Shown: positions 9,210 through 18,595 of the stretch, piece after piece
Layout: each line of letters starts with the position of its first letter
How positions within the stretch are numbered: position 1 is the first letter of the stretch
Origin: Bradyrhizobium sp.
Lineage (GTDB): Bacteria > Pseudomonadota > Alphaproteobacteria > Rhizobiales > Xanthobacteraceae
DNA length: 64,000 nucleotides
Assembly: GCA_035652015.1 (NCBI GenBank)
Contig: DASREP010000050.1
Span: 11,876-75,875, forward strand
Direction of reading: 5' to 3'
Notes under the pieces: generated by a model
Told to the model about the DNA's origin: nothing
The model's database searches: none
Seen by the model: only the letters and a program-made list of their open reading frames with translations
Translations under genes and position numbers: made by a program

Positions 9210-10429
9210 TCGGCGGCCTTGGTCAGGATGCGGATTTCAGATGTCAGCGTGCGATGCACCGGGCATTTGTCCGCAATCTCCATCAGCCGCTTGCGCTGAT
9301 CGGCATCCAGCGCGCCCTCCATACCGATGATGCGATCGATCTGGTCGAGCATGCCTTCACGGGTTTCACACTCCGCGCAATCATTCGCATGGATCTTGCT
9401 GTGGCTGAGCGTCACGGTGACTCGATCGAGCGGCAGCGCCTTGCGCTCGGCATAGAGCCGCATGGTCATGGAGGTGCAGGCGCCGAGCGCGGTCAGCAGG
9501 AAGTCGTAGGGCGCAAGCCCGGTGTCCTCGCCACCAGCGGCGATCGGCTCGTCCGCGACGATGCGATGCGGACCAACCGTCACGACCTGCTGGAATTTAC
9601 CGTTGCGCGTCTCGCGCACAACGACTTGTCGCGCCGCTTCGCCTGAAACGGTCGCCTGCGCCGTCGCGTCCGATCCGATATAGCGGCTGGCCCAGGCGGC
9701 GATGACCTCGGCGGCATAGGTGGTGTCGTGCTTGTTGCTCAGGAGATGGTCGGCATCCGCGAGCGACACGAAGCTTTTGGGATGTCTTGCCGCAACGAAA
9801 ATCCGCGTTGCATTCTCGATGCCGACGGTGTCGTCGGTCGGCGCATGCATGACGAGCAGCGCCTTGTGCAAATGCGTCACATGACGCATCAGCTCATGCT
9901 CGGCAATGTCGTCGAGGAATGCGCGGGTGATCGGGAAGGGCCGTCCCGCGAGCGATACTTCGGCGCGGCCGTTCTGCCTGATTTCCGCAATGCGATCGGC
10001 GAACAGCCCGGTGACATGGTTCGGATCGGAGGGAGCTGCGATTGTCACGACGGCGCGGGCTTCCGGGATTTTTTCGGCCGCAGCGAGAATCGCGGCGCCG
10101 CCCAGACTGTGGCCGATCAGCAGGGTCGGTGCGCTCCGCGTCGCGCGCAGATGGTTCGCGGCGCGCACGAGATCGGCGATGTTGGAGGTGAAGGTTGCGT
10201 TCGCAAAATCGCCTTCACTGGAGCCTAACCCGGTGAAGTCGAAGCGGAGCACCGCAATGCCTTTGTCCGCCAGCGCCAGCGCAATGCGTCGCGCAGCCAG
10301 CACGTCCTTGCCGCAGGTGAAGCAATGGGCGAACAGCGCATACGCAATCGGCTCGCGGTCGGGCAGGTCAAGCGCAGCGGCGAGCTGGTGGCCGCCTTCA
10401 CCTTCGAATTGGAAGCGTTCGGTCGGCAT
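9206..10429 (-). CDS. bifunctional alpha/beta hydrolase - OsmC-like protein
   Basis: N-terminal AHCFTC and GHSLGG; C-terminal OsmC domain ALGACT...KCPVHRTL. Confidence 0.9.
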   Translation of the reverse strand: MPTERFQFEGEGGHQLAAALDLPDREPIAYALFAHCFTCGKDVLAARRIALALADKGIAVLRFDFTGLGSSEGDFANATFTSNIADLVRAANHLRATRSAPTLLIGHSLGGAAILAAAEKIPEARAVVTIAAPSDPNHVTGLFADRIAEIRQNGRAEVSLAGRPFPITRAFLDDIAEHELMRHVTHLHKALLVMHAPTDDTVGIENATRIFVAARHPKSFVSLADADHLLSNKHDTTYAAEVIAAWASRYIGSDATAQATVSGEAARQVVVRETRNGKFQQVVTVGPHRIVADEPIAAGGEDTGLAPYDFLLTALGACTSMTMRLYAERKALPLDRVTVTLSHSKIHANDCAECETREGMLDQIDRIIGMEGALDADQRKRLMEIADKCPVHRTLTSEIRILTKAAD

Positions 10430-10452
10430 TGGATGTCTCCCCATTCGCGGTA

Positions 10453-10586
10453 TTCACCTCTCCCATCGGGAGAGGTCGGCGCGGAGCGCCGGGTGAGGGG
10501 TTACGCTCTGACGTGGCACGCGCGGGCCTCACCCGAATTTCTCACTGCGTTCGAAATTCGACCTCTCCCCGCTGGGGCGAGGTGAA
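10453..10586. repeat. palindromic intergenic repeat (TTCACCTCTCCC...GAGGTGAA family)
   Basis: Terminal inverted repeat, two CCTCTCCC-GGGnGAGG hairpins and internal GGGTGAGG/CCTCACCC arms. Confidence 0.8.
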
Positions 10587-10590
10587 GAAG

Positions 10591-11253
10591 CTAGTCGTCG
10601 GAGTAACGCTGCTCGGCCCAGGGATCGCCGCGGTTATGGTAGCCGCGGACTTCCCAATAGCCCGGCGCGTCATGGGTGAGGAACTCGATGGCCTGCAGCC
10701 ATTTCGCACTCTTCCAGAAATAGAGATGCGGCACCACGAGCCGCACCGGGCCGCCGTGCTCGACCTCGAGCGGCTTTCCCGACCAGCTATGGGCGAGCAG
10801 GGCATCTGCGGCAGCGAAATCGTCCAGGGCGAGATTGGTGGTGTAGCCATCATAGCTGTGCAGCACCACGAAGGCTGCATCCTCGCGCGGCTGGCAGGCC
10901 GCCAGCAAATCGCGGGTGGCGAGGCCCTCCCACTGGTTGTCGTAGCGCGACCAGGTGGTGACGCAATGAATGTCCGAGACAAATTGAGTCTGCCTCTCGG
11001 CCATGAACTGCGCAAAATCCCAGAACACGGGATGTTCGACGGCGCCATAGACGTCGAGCCGCCAGCGCTCGCGCGGGATTTCGGGCGTGAGCCCGAGATC
11101 AAGCACCGGCCAGTCCTTCGTCAGATGCTGGCCAGGCGGCAGCCGTTGCTCCTCGGGGCGCGACACCTTGCCGGTGAGGAAGCGGCCTTCCTCCGCCCAG
11201 CGCTGCTTGGTGCGGGTCAGCTTGCTCTCGGGCGGCTCGTGGTCTTCGGCCAT
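10591..11253 (-). CDS. sulfite-oxidase-like molybdopterin oxidoreductase (cytoplasmic, YuiH-like)
   Basis: LPPGQ, DIHCVTTWS (Mo-ligand Cys), HGGPVRLVVP, WKSAKW and GYWEVRGYH; no signal peptide. Confidence 0.9.
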   Translation of the reverse strand: MAEDHEPPESKLTRTKQRWAEEGRFLTGKVSRPEEQRLPPGQHLTKDWPVLDLGLTPEIPRERWRLDVYGAVEHPVFWDFAQFMAERQTQFVSDIHCVTTWSRYDNQWEGLATRDLLAACQPREDAAFVVLHSYDGYTTNLALDDFAAADALLAHSWSGKPLEVEHGGPVRLVVPHLYFWKSAKWLQAIEFLTHDAPGYWEVRGYHNRGDPWAEQRYSDD

Positions 11254-11281
11254 TCAACGGACCTTGTTACTTGGCGCGTGC

Positions 11282-12604
11282 CTATTCGTGCCGATGCATC
11301 GCCGATTCATGCCTGGTGTCGCGCATGGTCGAGTAGATCAACAGCGACAGGAAGATCATCCCGCTCAGATAATAATAGAACCAGCTCTCATGCCCCATTG
11401 TCTTGAAATAGAGCGCGATCGCCGGCGCCGTGCCGCCGAACAGCGACACGGTGATAGCATAAGGTAAACCAACTCCGAGCGCGCGGACATTGGTGGGGAA
11501 CAATTCCGCCTTCACGATCGCGTTGATCGACGTGTAGCCGGCAACGAAGATCCAGGCCGCACAGATCAGGAGGAAGGCAACGAACGGCGACTTGGTCTCC
11601 TTCAGGGTCATCAGGATGGGCACGGTCGCAAGCGTGCCGACCACGCCGAAGAAGATCAGCAGCGGCTTGCGGCCGATCTTGTCGGAGATGGCGCCATAGG
11701 TCGGCTGCAGGATCGTCGCGAACAGCAGCGACCCGAAGATCACCAGCGTGGTCTGGTCCTCGGTCAGGCCGACCGACAGCTTGACGAAGGTCTGCATATA
11801 GGTGGTGAAGGTGTAGAACGCCGCGGTGCCGCCGGCAGTGAGGCCGACGACCAGCAGCAGCTCGCGCGGATAACGGAAGAGGTCGCGGATCGCGCCACGC
11901 GGCTTCACAGCCTTTTTGGCTTCGATGAAGGCGTCCGTCTCCTGCAGGCTGCGCCGCATCACCGCAGCGAAGATCGCAAGCAGCGCGCCGATCACGAAGG
12001 GAATGCGCCAGCCCCAGGCCTTCAGCTCGTCCGCGGTCAAGAACACCTTCTGCAACAAGAGCAGCACAATGATCGCGGTGAGCTGCCCGCCGATCAGCGT
12101 CACATATTGAAAGCTCGAATAGAAGCCGCGATGGTTGGGGTCGGCGACCTCGCTGAGATAGGTGGCGCTGGCGCCGTACTCGCCACCAAGGCTCAGGCCC
12201 TCGATCACCCGTGCGAGCGCCAGGATCGCGGGAGCCGCCAAACCGATACTGGTATAGGTCGGCGTCACCGCGATCATCAGTGAGCCGAAGCACATGCAGA
12301 CGACCGACAGCGTCAGCGACAGCCGCCGCCCGAAATGGTCGGCGAGATAGCCGAACAACCAGCCGCCGAGCGGGCGCATCAGGAAGGTCGCCGCAAACAG
12401 CACGGCGGCGTTGAGCTGCTGCACCACCGGATCGCTGGTCGGGAAAAAGGCGGGCGCGAAATAGAGCGCAAAGGCCGTATAGGCGTAGAAGTCGTACCAC
12501 TCGACCAGGTTGCCCATCGAGCCGATGAAGATCGCCTTCACCCGCCGCTCGACATCAGCGACATCCAGTTTATCCGGGGCCCGCTGAAGCACCTGGTCTG
12601 TCAT
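11282..12604 (-). CDS. MFS metabolite:H+ symporter (KgtP-like)
   Basis: GNLVEWYDFY, RPLGGWLFG, GGEYG and AELFP motifs; about 12 TM segments. Confidence 0.9.
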   Translation of the reverse strand: MTDQVLQRAPDKLDVADVERRVKAIFIGSMGNLVEWYDFYAYTAFALYFAPAFFPTSDPVVQQLNAAVLFAATFLMRPLGGWLFGYLADHFGRRLSLTLSVVCMCFGSLMIAVTPTYTSIGLAAPAILALARVIEGLSLGGEYGASATYLSEVADPNHRGFYSSFQYVTLIGGQLTAIIVLLLLQKVFLTADELKAWGWRIPFVIGALLAIFAAVMRRSLQETDAFIEAKKAVKPRGAIRDLFRYPRELLLVVGLTAGGTAAFYTFTTYMQTFVKLSVGLTEDQTTLVIFGSLLFATILQPTYGAISDKIGRKPLLIFFGVVGTLATVPILMTLKETKSPFVAFLLICAAWIFVAGYTSINAIVKAELFPTNVRALGVGLPYAITVSLFGGTAPAIALYFKTMGHESWFYYYLSGMIFLSLLIYSTMRDTRHESAMHRHE

Positions 12605-12643
12605 GGGCGGGCCTCCGGTGGCTTTTTGGTTGGGAACTGGCCC

Positions 12644-13885
12644 TCAGGTAGCCTTTCCGAACAGGATGGGCAACTGCCTGGGTCCGCGCACGGTGCCCTC
12701 GGACCAGGCGACCCGGCCGGCCGGATCGAGGCGGAAGTCCGGGATCCGCTTCAGCCATTCCTCAAGCGCGACCGTCATCTCCATCCGCGCCAGATTGGAG
12801 CCGACGCAGCGATGGATGCCGAGCCCGAAGGCGGCGTGGGGATTGCTCTTGCGGTCGATCACCACCTTGTCGGCATCGGCAAAGACCGCCGGATCGCGAT
12901 TGGCGGCGGGGAACGACAGCAGCACCATGTTGCCCGGCTTCATCGGGCACCCGGCAATGGTCGTCTCCTTGATCACTTCACGCGCCATGGTGACGGGCGA
13001 ATAGGCGCGCAGCAGTTCTTCGACCGCCATCGGCATCAGCTCGGGCTCTCGCACCAGCCGCTCGCGGTCGGCGGGCGTCCTGGCGAGGTGCCAAAGCGAT
13101 GCGCCGATCGCGCTCCAGGTGGTGTCGATGCCGGCGATCAGGAGCAGCCGCAGCGAGCCCAGGACATGGCTGTCCTCGAGCGGCTGGCCATTCTTGTCCC
13201 TGGCGTTCATCATGGTCGAGATCAGATCGTCGGTCGGGCGCTGCTTGCGCGCCTCAATATGGCCCGCGAAATAGGCCGTCATCTCCTGCACGGCCTGCTG
13301 CAGCATTTTCTCGTTCTTGATGCCGAGCTCGAGGATCATGTGGATCCACCGGACGAACAGCTCGCCGTCCGACTCGGGGATGCCGAGCATGTGGCAGATC
13401 GTACGCGTCGGAATGTGCTTTGTGTAGCGCGCGGCCGCATCGCAGCCGCCCTCGGCGATGAATTCGTCGATCAGCTCGTTGCAGATCGCGCGCACCCGCG
13501 GCTCCAGCTTCTTCATCGCGTCCGGCGTGAACGGCGGCAGCAGGAGCTGCTTGGCGGGCTTGTGCTCCGGCGGGTCGGAGGTGATCGGCGGGGCCGCGTT
13601 GCGCTGGATCTCGGGGCGCTCGTCGCGAACGACGACGCGCCGCGACGAGAAATGCTCGGTGTCATGGGCGATCTGCTTCACCGCTTCATAGCTGGTCGGA
13701 AGATAGCAGCCCAGGAAGCGGTCGGTATGCACCACAGGGCTCGTCGCGCGCAGCTCATCCCAGATCGGAAAGGGATCTTCCGTCCAGCGCGGATCAGTGT
13801 GGTCGAAATCATGCACCCAATCCTCGACCGGCGGGTGCGCCGGCAGGACGCGCTCGTCTTCTGTCGCGTGGGCAGAGTCGGACAT
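12644..13885 (-). CDS. cytochrome P450 (probably CYP194-like)
   Basis: I-helix AGIDTT, EELLR (ExxR) and heme motif FGLGIHRCVG. Family assignment is inferred from the adjacent His-ferredoxin. Confidence 0.93.
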   Translation of the reverse strand: MSDSAHATEDERVLPAHPPVEDWVHDFDHTDPRWTEDPFPIWDELRATSPVVHTDRFLGCYLPTSYEAVKQIAHDTEHFSSRRVVVRDERPEIQRNAAPPITSDPPEHKPAKQLLLPPFTPDAMKKLEPRVRAICNELIDEFIAEGGCDAAARYTKHIPTRTICHMLGIPESDGELFVRWIHMILELGIKNEKMLQQAVQEMTAYFAGHIEARKQRPTDDLISTMMNARDKNGQPLEDSHVLGSLRLLLIAGIDTTWSAIGASLWHLARTPADRERLVREPELMPMAVEELLRAYSPVTMAREVIKETTIAGCPMKPGNMVLLSFPAANRDPAVFADADKVVIDRKSNPHAAFGLGIHRCVGSNLARMEMTVALEEWLKRIPDFRLDPAGRVAWSEGTVRGPRQLPILFGKAT

Positions 13886-13951
13886 TGCGGCAATTCCTTT
13901 TGCTTGGTTTCGCTCAGGCCAAATGAACAAATGTCGGGAGACCCAAACCGG

Positions 13952-14161
13952 TCACTCCTCAATGACTTCGATCGCAATTTCGGGGCAGTTGGATTTGGCA
14001 AGCCAGGCCTTGTCCTCGAGACCTGCGGGGACGGTGCCATCGCCATGCTCGTGGGCGTTGCCGTATTCGTCGAGATCGAACAGCTCGGGCGCCAGCGCCT
14101 TGCAGCGGGCATGACCCTGGCATTTGTCCTGATCGACGCGGACCTTCAGCTTTCCAGACAT
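13952..14161 (-). CDS. [3Fe-4S]-type ferredoxin with CxxHxxC...CP motif
   Basis: 69 aa MSGKLKVRVDQDKCQGHARC...NCPEIAI, immediately upstream of the P450. Confidence 0.92.
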   Translation of the reverse strand: MSGKLKVRVDQDKCQGHARCKALAPELFDLDEYGNAHEHGDGTVPAGLEDKAWLAKSNCPEIAIEVIEE

Positions 14162-14325
14162 GGCGGCGTTTCCCCTAAAGTGCAGCAACGCACGACGTGC
14201 GCAGAGTGCATGTTCGTTTCGACGAAGGCCGTGCGATGTTCCGCTTGGCTGCGCCTTCAAGTTATAGCATATTACATTCGTCTCAGCCTTGCGCTGTCAA
14301 GACAAAAGTTGAAGATTGCAACGCA

Positions 14326-14967
14326 ATGCCGCAGCCGTTCGTCCGCAAACCGCTCAATGCCTATCATCACGGCGATCTTCGGGACGCCTTGATCCGGGCG
14401 GCGTTGCAGGAAGCCGAGCGGGATGGACCCGAAGCGATCAGCATCAAGGCGCTGACAAAGAGGCTCGGGGTGTCGCAGCCTGCGCCTTACCGGCATTTTG
14501 CCGACCGCGAGGCGCTGCTGGCGGCGGTCGCGGCAGAGGCGTTCCGGCAGTTCAATGCGGAGTTGCGCGACGCGATCGATAAGCCATCCAAGCGCTCGAA
14601 ACTGTCACGCTTCGCGCGGGCGGTGCTCGATTTCGGTCTCCGCCGCAATGGCATCTTCCGTCTGATGTTCGCGTCGCGCGTGATAGCCTGTGCCGACGAT
14701 GACAGCGAGCTGCATACGGCGGCGAGCGAAAGCTTTGCGCTGCTTGTCGAAGCGCTGGAAGCCCCCGCGGTCGGTCTGTTGCGCGAGCGGCAGGCGCTGA
14801 AGATATGGGCCTCGCTGCACGGCGTTGTGATGCTGGCGGAGCAGGGGCTGCTCACCGGGCAGGTTGCCGGCACCACGCGCGAGGAACTGGTTGAGGATAT
14901 CGTGAACGAAGCCAAGCTCGCGCTGGGGGTTGCGATCGAGGCAGCGCAGCGGGAGGGGGCGGCGTAG
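14326..14967 (+). CDS. TetR/AcrR transcriptional regulator with WHG-type C-terminal domain
   Basis: YHHGDLR, GVSQPAPYRHF HTH and WASLHG; divergent from fdx-P450. Confidence 0.92.
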   Translation: MPQPFVRKPLNAYHHGDLRDALIRAALQEAERDGPEAISIKALTKRLGVSQPAPYRHFADREALLAAVAAEAFRQFNAELRDAIDKPSKRSKLSRFARAVLDFGLRRNGIFRLMFASRVIACADDDSELHTAASESFALLVEALEAPAVGLLRERQALKIWASLHGVVMLAEQGLLTGQVAGTTREELVEDIVNEAKLALGVAIEAAQREGAA

Positions 14968-15001
14968 GGTAAGTTCGGTCTCCGTTGAGCCCCATCTATC
15001 G

Positions 15002-15145
15002 CCGTCACCCTGAGGTGCCGTCGCCAACGGGTCCGCGCAAACGCGCGGCCCGATGACAGGCTCCGCGGCGGCCTCGAAGGGCGACGGCCCGGCGGCCGGA
15101 GCGGGGCTTCGAGGCTCGCGTTCCGCGAGCGCCTCAGGATGACGG
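15002..15145. repeat. composite palindromic repeat with an internal hairpin module (15023-15066)
   Basis: CCGTCAcCCTGAGG...CCTCAGGATGACGG ends and CTCGAAG/CTTCGAG arms; lies between convergent genes. Confidence 0.78.
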
Positions 15146-15178
15146 ATCGAAACCAGCGCAAGCCGCTAGCGAGGTGAC

Positions 15179-16600
15179 CTACTTCGCCGCCCTCGGATCA
15201 ATCGGCGTCGTGCCGCGCAGGCCCAGAATATCCTCCAGCAGCTTCGCGCCGGCGAGCAGTTTTGCCTCGCCGCGCGACGGTCCGACCATCTGCAATCCGA
15301 CCGGTAGCCCCGAGGCCGTGAAGCCGCAGGGCAGCGACAGCGCAGGGCAGCAGGCGAGCGTGATGGCGTAGACGATGCCGAGCCATTCAATGTAGTTGTC
15401 GAACCTCTTGCCGGCGCATTCGGCGACGTAGCGGTTCTGCACCGGGAACGGCGGCACGATGGTCGCGGGCGCCAGCAGCAGATCATAGGTCTTGAAAAAT
15501 TGCTCCGCACGAGCGGCAAGCGCGATGCGCTGCGCCTCGGCGCGCGCGACCTGCTCGACCGTGAGTTTCAGCCCTTCCTCAATATTCCAGATCACCTCGG
15601 GCTTGAGCAGGTCGCGATGCTTGCGCAGCAATTCGGCCTTGCTGACGGCGAAGTCGAAGGCGCGCAGCACATGGAAGCATTCATGGGCTTCGCGCAAATC
15701 CGGGTGCGCCTCCTCGACAATCGCGCCTAGCTCGGCAAAGCGCTCGGCCGCCTTGCGCGTGATCGCGGCGACCTCCGGATCGACAGGGGTAATGCCGAGA
15801 TCGGGAGAATAGGCGATGCGCCTCGGCCTGGCGCCGGAGCGCGCGGCCGACAGGAAGCTCGTTGGCAGCGCGGGCAGCGACAGCGGATCGGCCGGATGCT
15901 CCCCGCTCATGGCGTCGAGCAGCAGCGCGAGATCCTCGACATTGCGCGCCATCGGCCCCTGCACGCCGAGTGTCCGGTCGATCTTGAATTTCGGCGTATG
16001 GGCGACCCGGCCGATGCTGGGACGCAGGCCCACCACGCCGCAGAAGCTTGCGGGATTGCGCAACGAGCCGCCCATGTCGGAGCCATGCGCAAGCCAGGCC
16101 GTGCCGGTGGCAAGCGCGACTGCCGCGCCGCCGGACGAGCCGGCCGCCGAGCGCGAAGTGTCCCAGGGGTTCAACGTCGGGCCGAACACTTCATTGAATG
16201 TATTGGCGCCAGCGCCGAACTCGGGCGTGTTCGATTTGGCGTATATCACGGCGCCGTTGTCCTCGAGGCGCTCAACCATGATGTCGGAACGCTCGGGGAC
16301 ATGGTCCTTGAAGATCGGCGAGCCTTGCGTGCTGCGCACGCCCGAGACGTTGGTGAGATCCTTGATCGGAACGGGAAGACCGGCCAGCAAGCCGCGCTCG
16401 CCTGCCGGCTTCTTCATGAGCGTCTTCGCATGATCACGGGCGCGGTCGAAGCACAGAATCGGCAGCGCGTTGACCTTGCCATCGACCTCGGCGATCCGCT
16501 GCTCCAGCACGTCGAGCAGGTCGAGCGGGGTGACCTCACCCTTCCCCAGCTTGCCGACGACATGGCATGCGCTGTCCCGGATCAGGTCCTGATGGCTCAC
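15179..16600 (-). CDS. amidase signature family protein
   Basis: IKDL, AGSSGG and GSDMGGSLRNPASFCG (Lys-cisSer-Ser triad); GTG start. Confidence 0.93.
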   Translation of the reverse strand: MSHQDLIRDSACHVVGKLGKGEVTPLDLLDVLEQRIAEVDGKVNALPILCFDRARDHAKTLMKKPAGERGLLAGLPVPIKDLTNVSGVRSTQGSPIFKDHVPERSDIMVERLEDNGAVIYAKSNTPEFGAGANTFNEVFGPTLNPWDTSRSAAGSSGGAAVALATGTAWLAHGSDMGGSLRNPASFCGVVGLRPSIGRVAHTPKFKIDRTLGVQGPMARNVEDLALLLDAMSGEHPADPLSLPALPTSFLSAARSGARPRRIAYSPDLGITPVDPEVAAITRKAAERFAELGAIVEEAHPDLREAHECFHVLRAFDFAVSKAELLRKHRDLLKPEVIWNIEEGLKLTVEQVARAEAQRIALAARAEQFFKTYDLLLAPATIVPPFPVQNRYVAECAGKRFDNYIEWLGIVYAITLACCPALSLPCGFTASGLPVGLQMVGPSRGEAKLLAGAKLLEDILGLRGTTPIDPRAAK

Positions 16601-16706
16601 TTCGAATCTCCATTTTGTGCGGTGCTGTCTCCGGCAGCTGCCCTAGCCCTGTAGACCATTTTCGGTCACAGTGGCAACGCGTGCAAGAACATGGAGACCT
16701 GCTGAA

Positions 16707-17555
16707 ATGGCGATGCCGTCGGATGCACCCGATTGGCGCGGGATGAGCAAAGAGGAGCTCGACCGCGGGCTGAACAACAGCCTTGCGGTGCCCCGAAGCG
16801 GCGACATGATGGCCGGCTGGGAGCAGCGCTCGGCCGCCTTGCGCCAGCGTTTTCCAGCGCATCTCGACCTGCGCTACGGCCCGCGCGAGCGCAACCGGAT
16901 CGACTTTCTAAAAGCCGCCGACCGGGCCCCGACGCTTCTGTTCATCCACGGCGGCTACTGGCAGATGCGGGCGAAGGAGTTCTTTACACTTGTTGCCGAA
17001 GGACCGCTGGCCCACGGCATCAACGTCGCGCTGACGGGCTATACGCTGGCGCCCGACGCGACGCTCGACGAGATCGTCGCCGAAATTCATGCCGGCATCG
17101 ATTTTCTTGCACGCGAATTGCCCTCGCTCGGCGCCGACGGCAAGGGGATCGTGGTCTCGGGCTGGTCGGCCGGCGGCCATCTCACGGCCATGGCGCTGTC
17201 GCATCCTTTTGTCCGGGCGGGGCTTGGCATCAGCGGCATCTATGAGCTCGACCCAATCCGTCACTCCTATCTCAACGACAAGCTCGGGCTCGACGAGGCG
17301 GCCTCGCGGCGCAATTCGCCGGTGAAGCAACCGACGGGGCCGGACAAGCCGCTGTCACTCGTGGTCGGCTCGGCCGAACTGCCGCTGCTGCGACGGCAAA
17401 CCGCGGATTTCGCCTGCTATCGCGTGAAGCATGGCCTGCCGGTAACCTATGAGGAGAGACCCGGCACCAATCACTTCACGATCATGAACGAACTGATCGC
17501 GCCCGACGGACGGATCACGAGGCTGATCCGCGACTTGTTGGCGTGGACAGGTTAG
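16707..17555 (+). CDS. alpha/beta hydrolase, arylformamidase/HSL-like
   Basis: FIHGGYW oxyanion motif, GWSAGGH nucleophile and C-terminal NHF. Start could be 16671, 16707 or 16713. Confidence 0.85.
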   Translation: MAMPSDAPDWRGMSKEELDRGLNNSLAVPRSGDMMAGWEQRSAALRQRFPAHLDLRYGPRERNRIDFLKAADRAPTLLFIHGGYWQMRAKEFFTLVAEGPLAHGINVALTGYTLAPDATLDEIVAEIHAGIDFLARELPSLGADGKGIVVSGWSAGGHLTAMALSHPFVRAGLGISGIYELDPIRHSYLNDKLGLDEAASRRNSPVKQPTGPDKPLSLVVGSAELPLLRRQTADFACYRVKHGLPVTYEERPGTNHFTIMNELIAPDGRITRLIRDLLAWTG

Positions 17556-17560
17556 TTTTC

Positions 17561-17642
17561 CGTCATTCCGGGGCGATGCGAAGCATCGAACCCGGAACCT
17601 CGAGATTCCGGGTTCGGTCCTTCGGACCGCCCCGGAATGACC
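17561..17642. repeat. palindromic repeat family GTCATTCCGGGGCG...CGCCCCGGAATGAC, copy 1
   Basis: Terminal inverted repeat and internal AACCCGGAA-CTCGAG-TTCCGGGTT; other copies at 57804 and 62452. Confidence 0.88.
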
Positions 17643-17652
17643 GTCAACTCAA

Positions 17653-18426
17653 CTACCAACCCGCGCTGATCCCGCCATCGACCGTAAAGATCACCCCCGA
17701 CGTATAGCCCGAGCGATCGGACGCCAGGAACGCCATGAGGTCGCCGATCTCGCGCGCATGCGCGGGCCGGCCGAGCGGCAGACCTTTCTGGAATTCCTTG
17801 TAGCGGTTCTCGTCGCCGAACTGATTCCTGGCGCGCGTCTTCAGCAGCGTGACATGCCGGTCGGTGCCAACAGGGCCCGGATTGATGCCGACCACGCGGA
17901 TGTTGTCGGCGAGGCTCTTGCTGCCGAGCGCGCGGGTGAAGGCCATCAGTGCGGCGTTGCCAGCGCTGCCGCAGATGTAGTTCGCATCGAATTTTTCGCC
18001 GGCAGCGCCGATGTCGTTGACGATGACGCCGCCGCCTCGCGCCTTCATCTGCGCGTAGATCAGGCGGGTGAGGTTGATATAGCCGAACACCTTGAGATCC
18101 CAGGCATGCCGCCAGATCGCCTCATCGATCTTGTCGATGGAGCCGCCGGGAATGTCGCCGGCATTGTTGACGAGGATGTCGATGTCGGCGGCCTCCTTGG
18201 CGAGCCTCGCGACATCCTCGTTCTTGCGCAGGTCGACCACATGCGCGGTCGCGTCGATCTGGTGCGCGGAGCGCAACCGCTCGGCGAGCGCCTTGAGCTG
18301 GTCGCCGCTGCGCGCGGCGAGCCGAACATGGCAACCTTCCTCGGCAAAGGCTTCGGCGGCCGCAGCGCCAATGCCCTTGGAGGCGCCGGTGATGAGGACG
18401 CGTTTGCCGGAGAGATGCAGGTCCAT
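17653..18426 (-). CDS. short-chain dehydrogenase/reductase
   Basis: TGASKGIG and NNAG; atypical YxxxSxxN in place of YxxxK. Confidence 0.9.
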   Translation of the reverse strand: MDLHLSGKRVLITGASKGIGAAAAEAFAEEGCHVRLAARSGDQLKALAERLRSAHQIDATAHVVDLRKNEDVARLAKEAADIDILVNNAGDIPGGSIDKIDEAIWRHAWDLKVFGYINLTRLIYAQMKARGGGVIVNDIGAAGEKFDANYICGSAGNAALMAFTRALGSKSLADNIRVVGINPGPVGTDRHVTLLKTRARNQFGDENRYKEFQKGLPLGRPAHAREIGDLMAFLASDRSGYTSGVIFTVDGGISAGW

Positions 18427-18595
18427 GGTATGGCTCGCGGGATCAGAGGGGAGTGACCAGCAAAACTGTTAGGCGAGAGGACCGAAGACGGTCAACATTG
18501 CACTGCAGCGTTGCATGCGGGCCGAGTTTGGTCCATTGCAATTCCGATCAAAGGAACGGCATCGCCGGCGAGCTTCACGCGCAAGGATTTTCTCG

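Noticed and set aside
12335-14392. 685-aa plus-strand ORF, and likewise 20105-21988
   Set aside because: Antisense to the P450/ferredoxin and M20 hydrolase genes, which carry clear family motifs.
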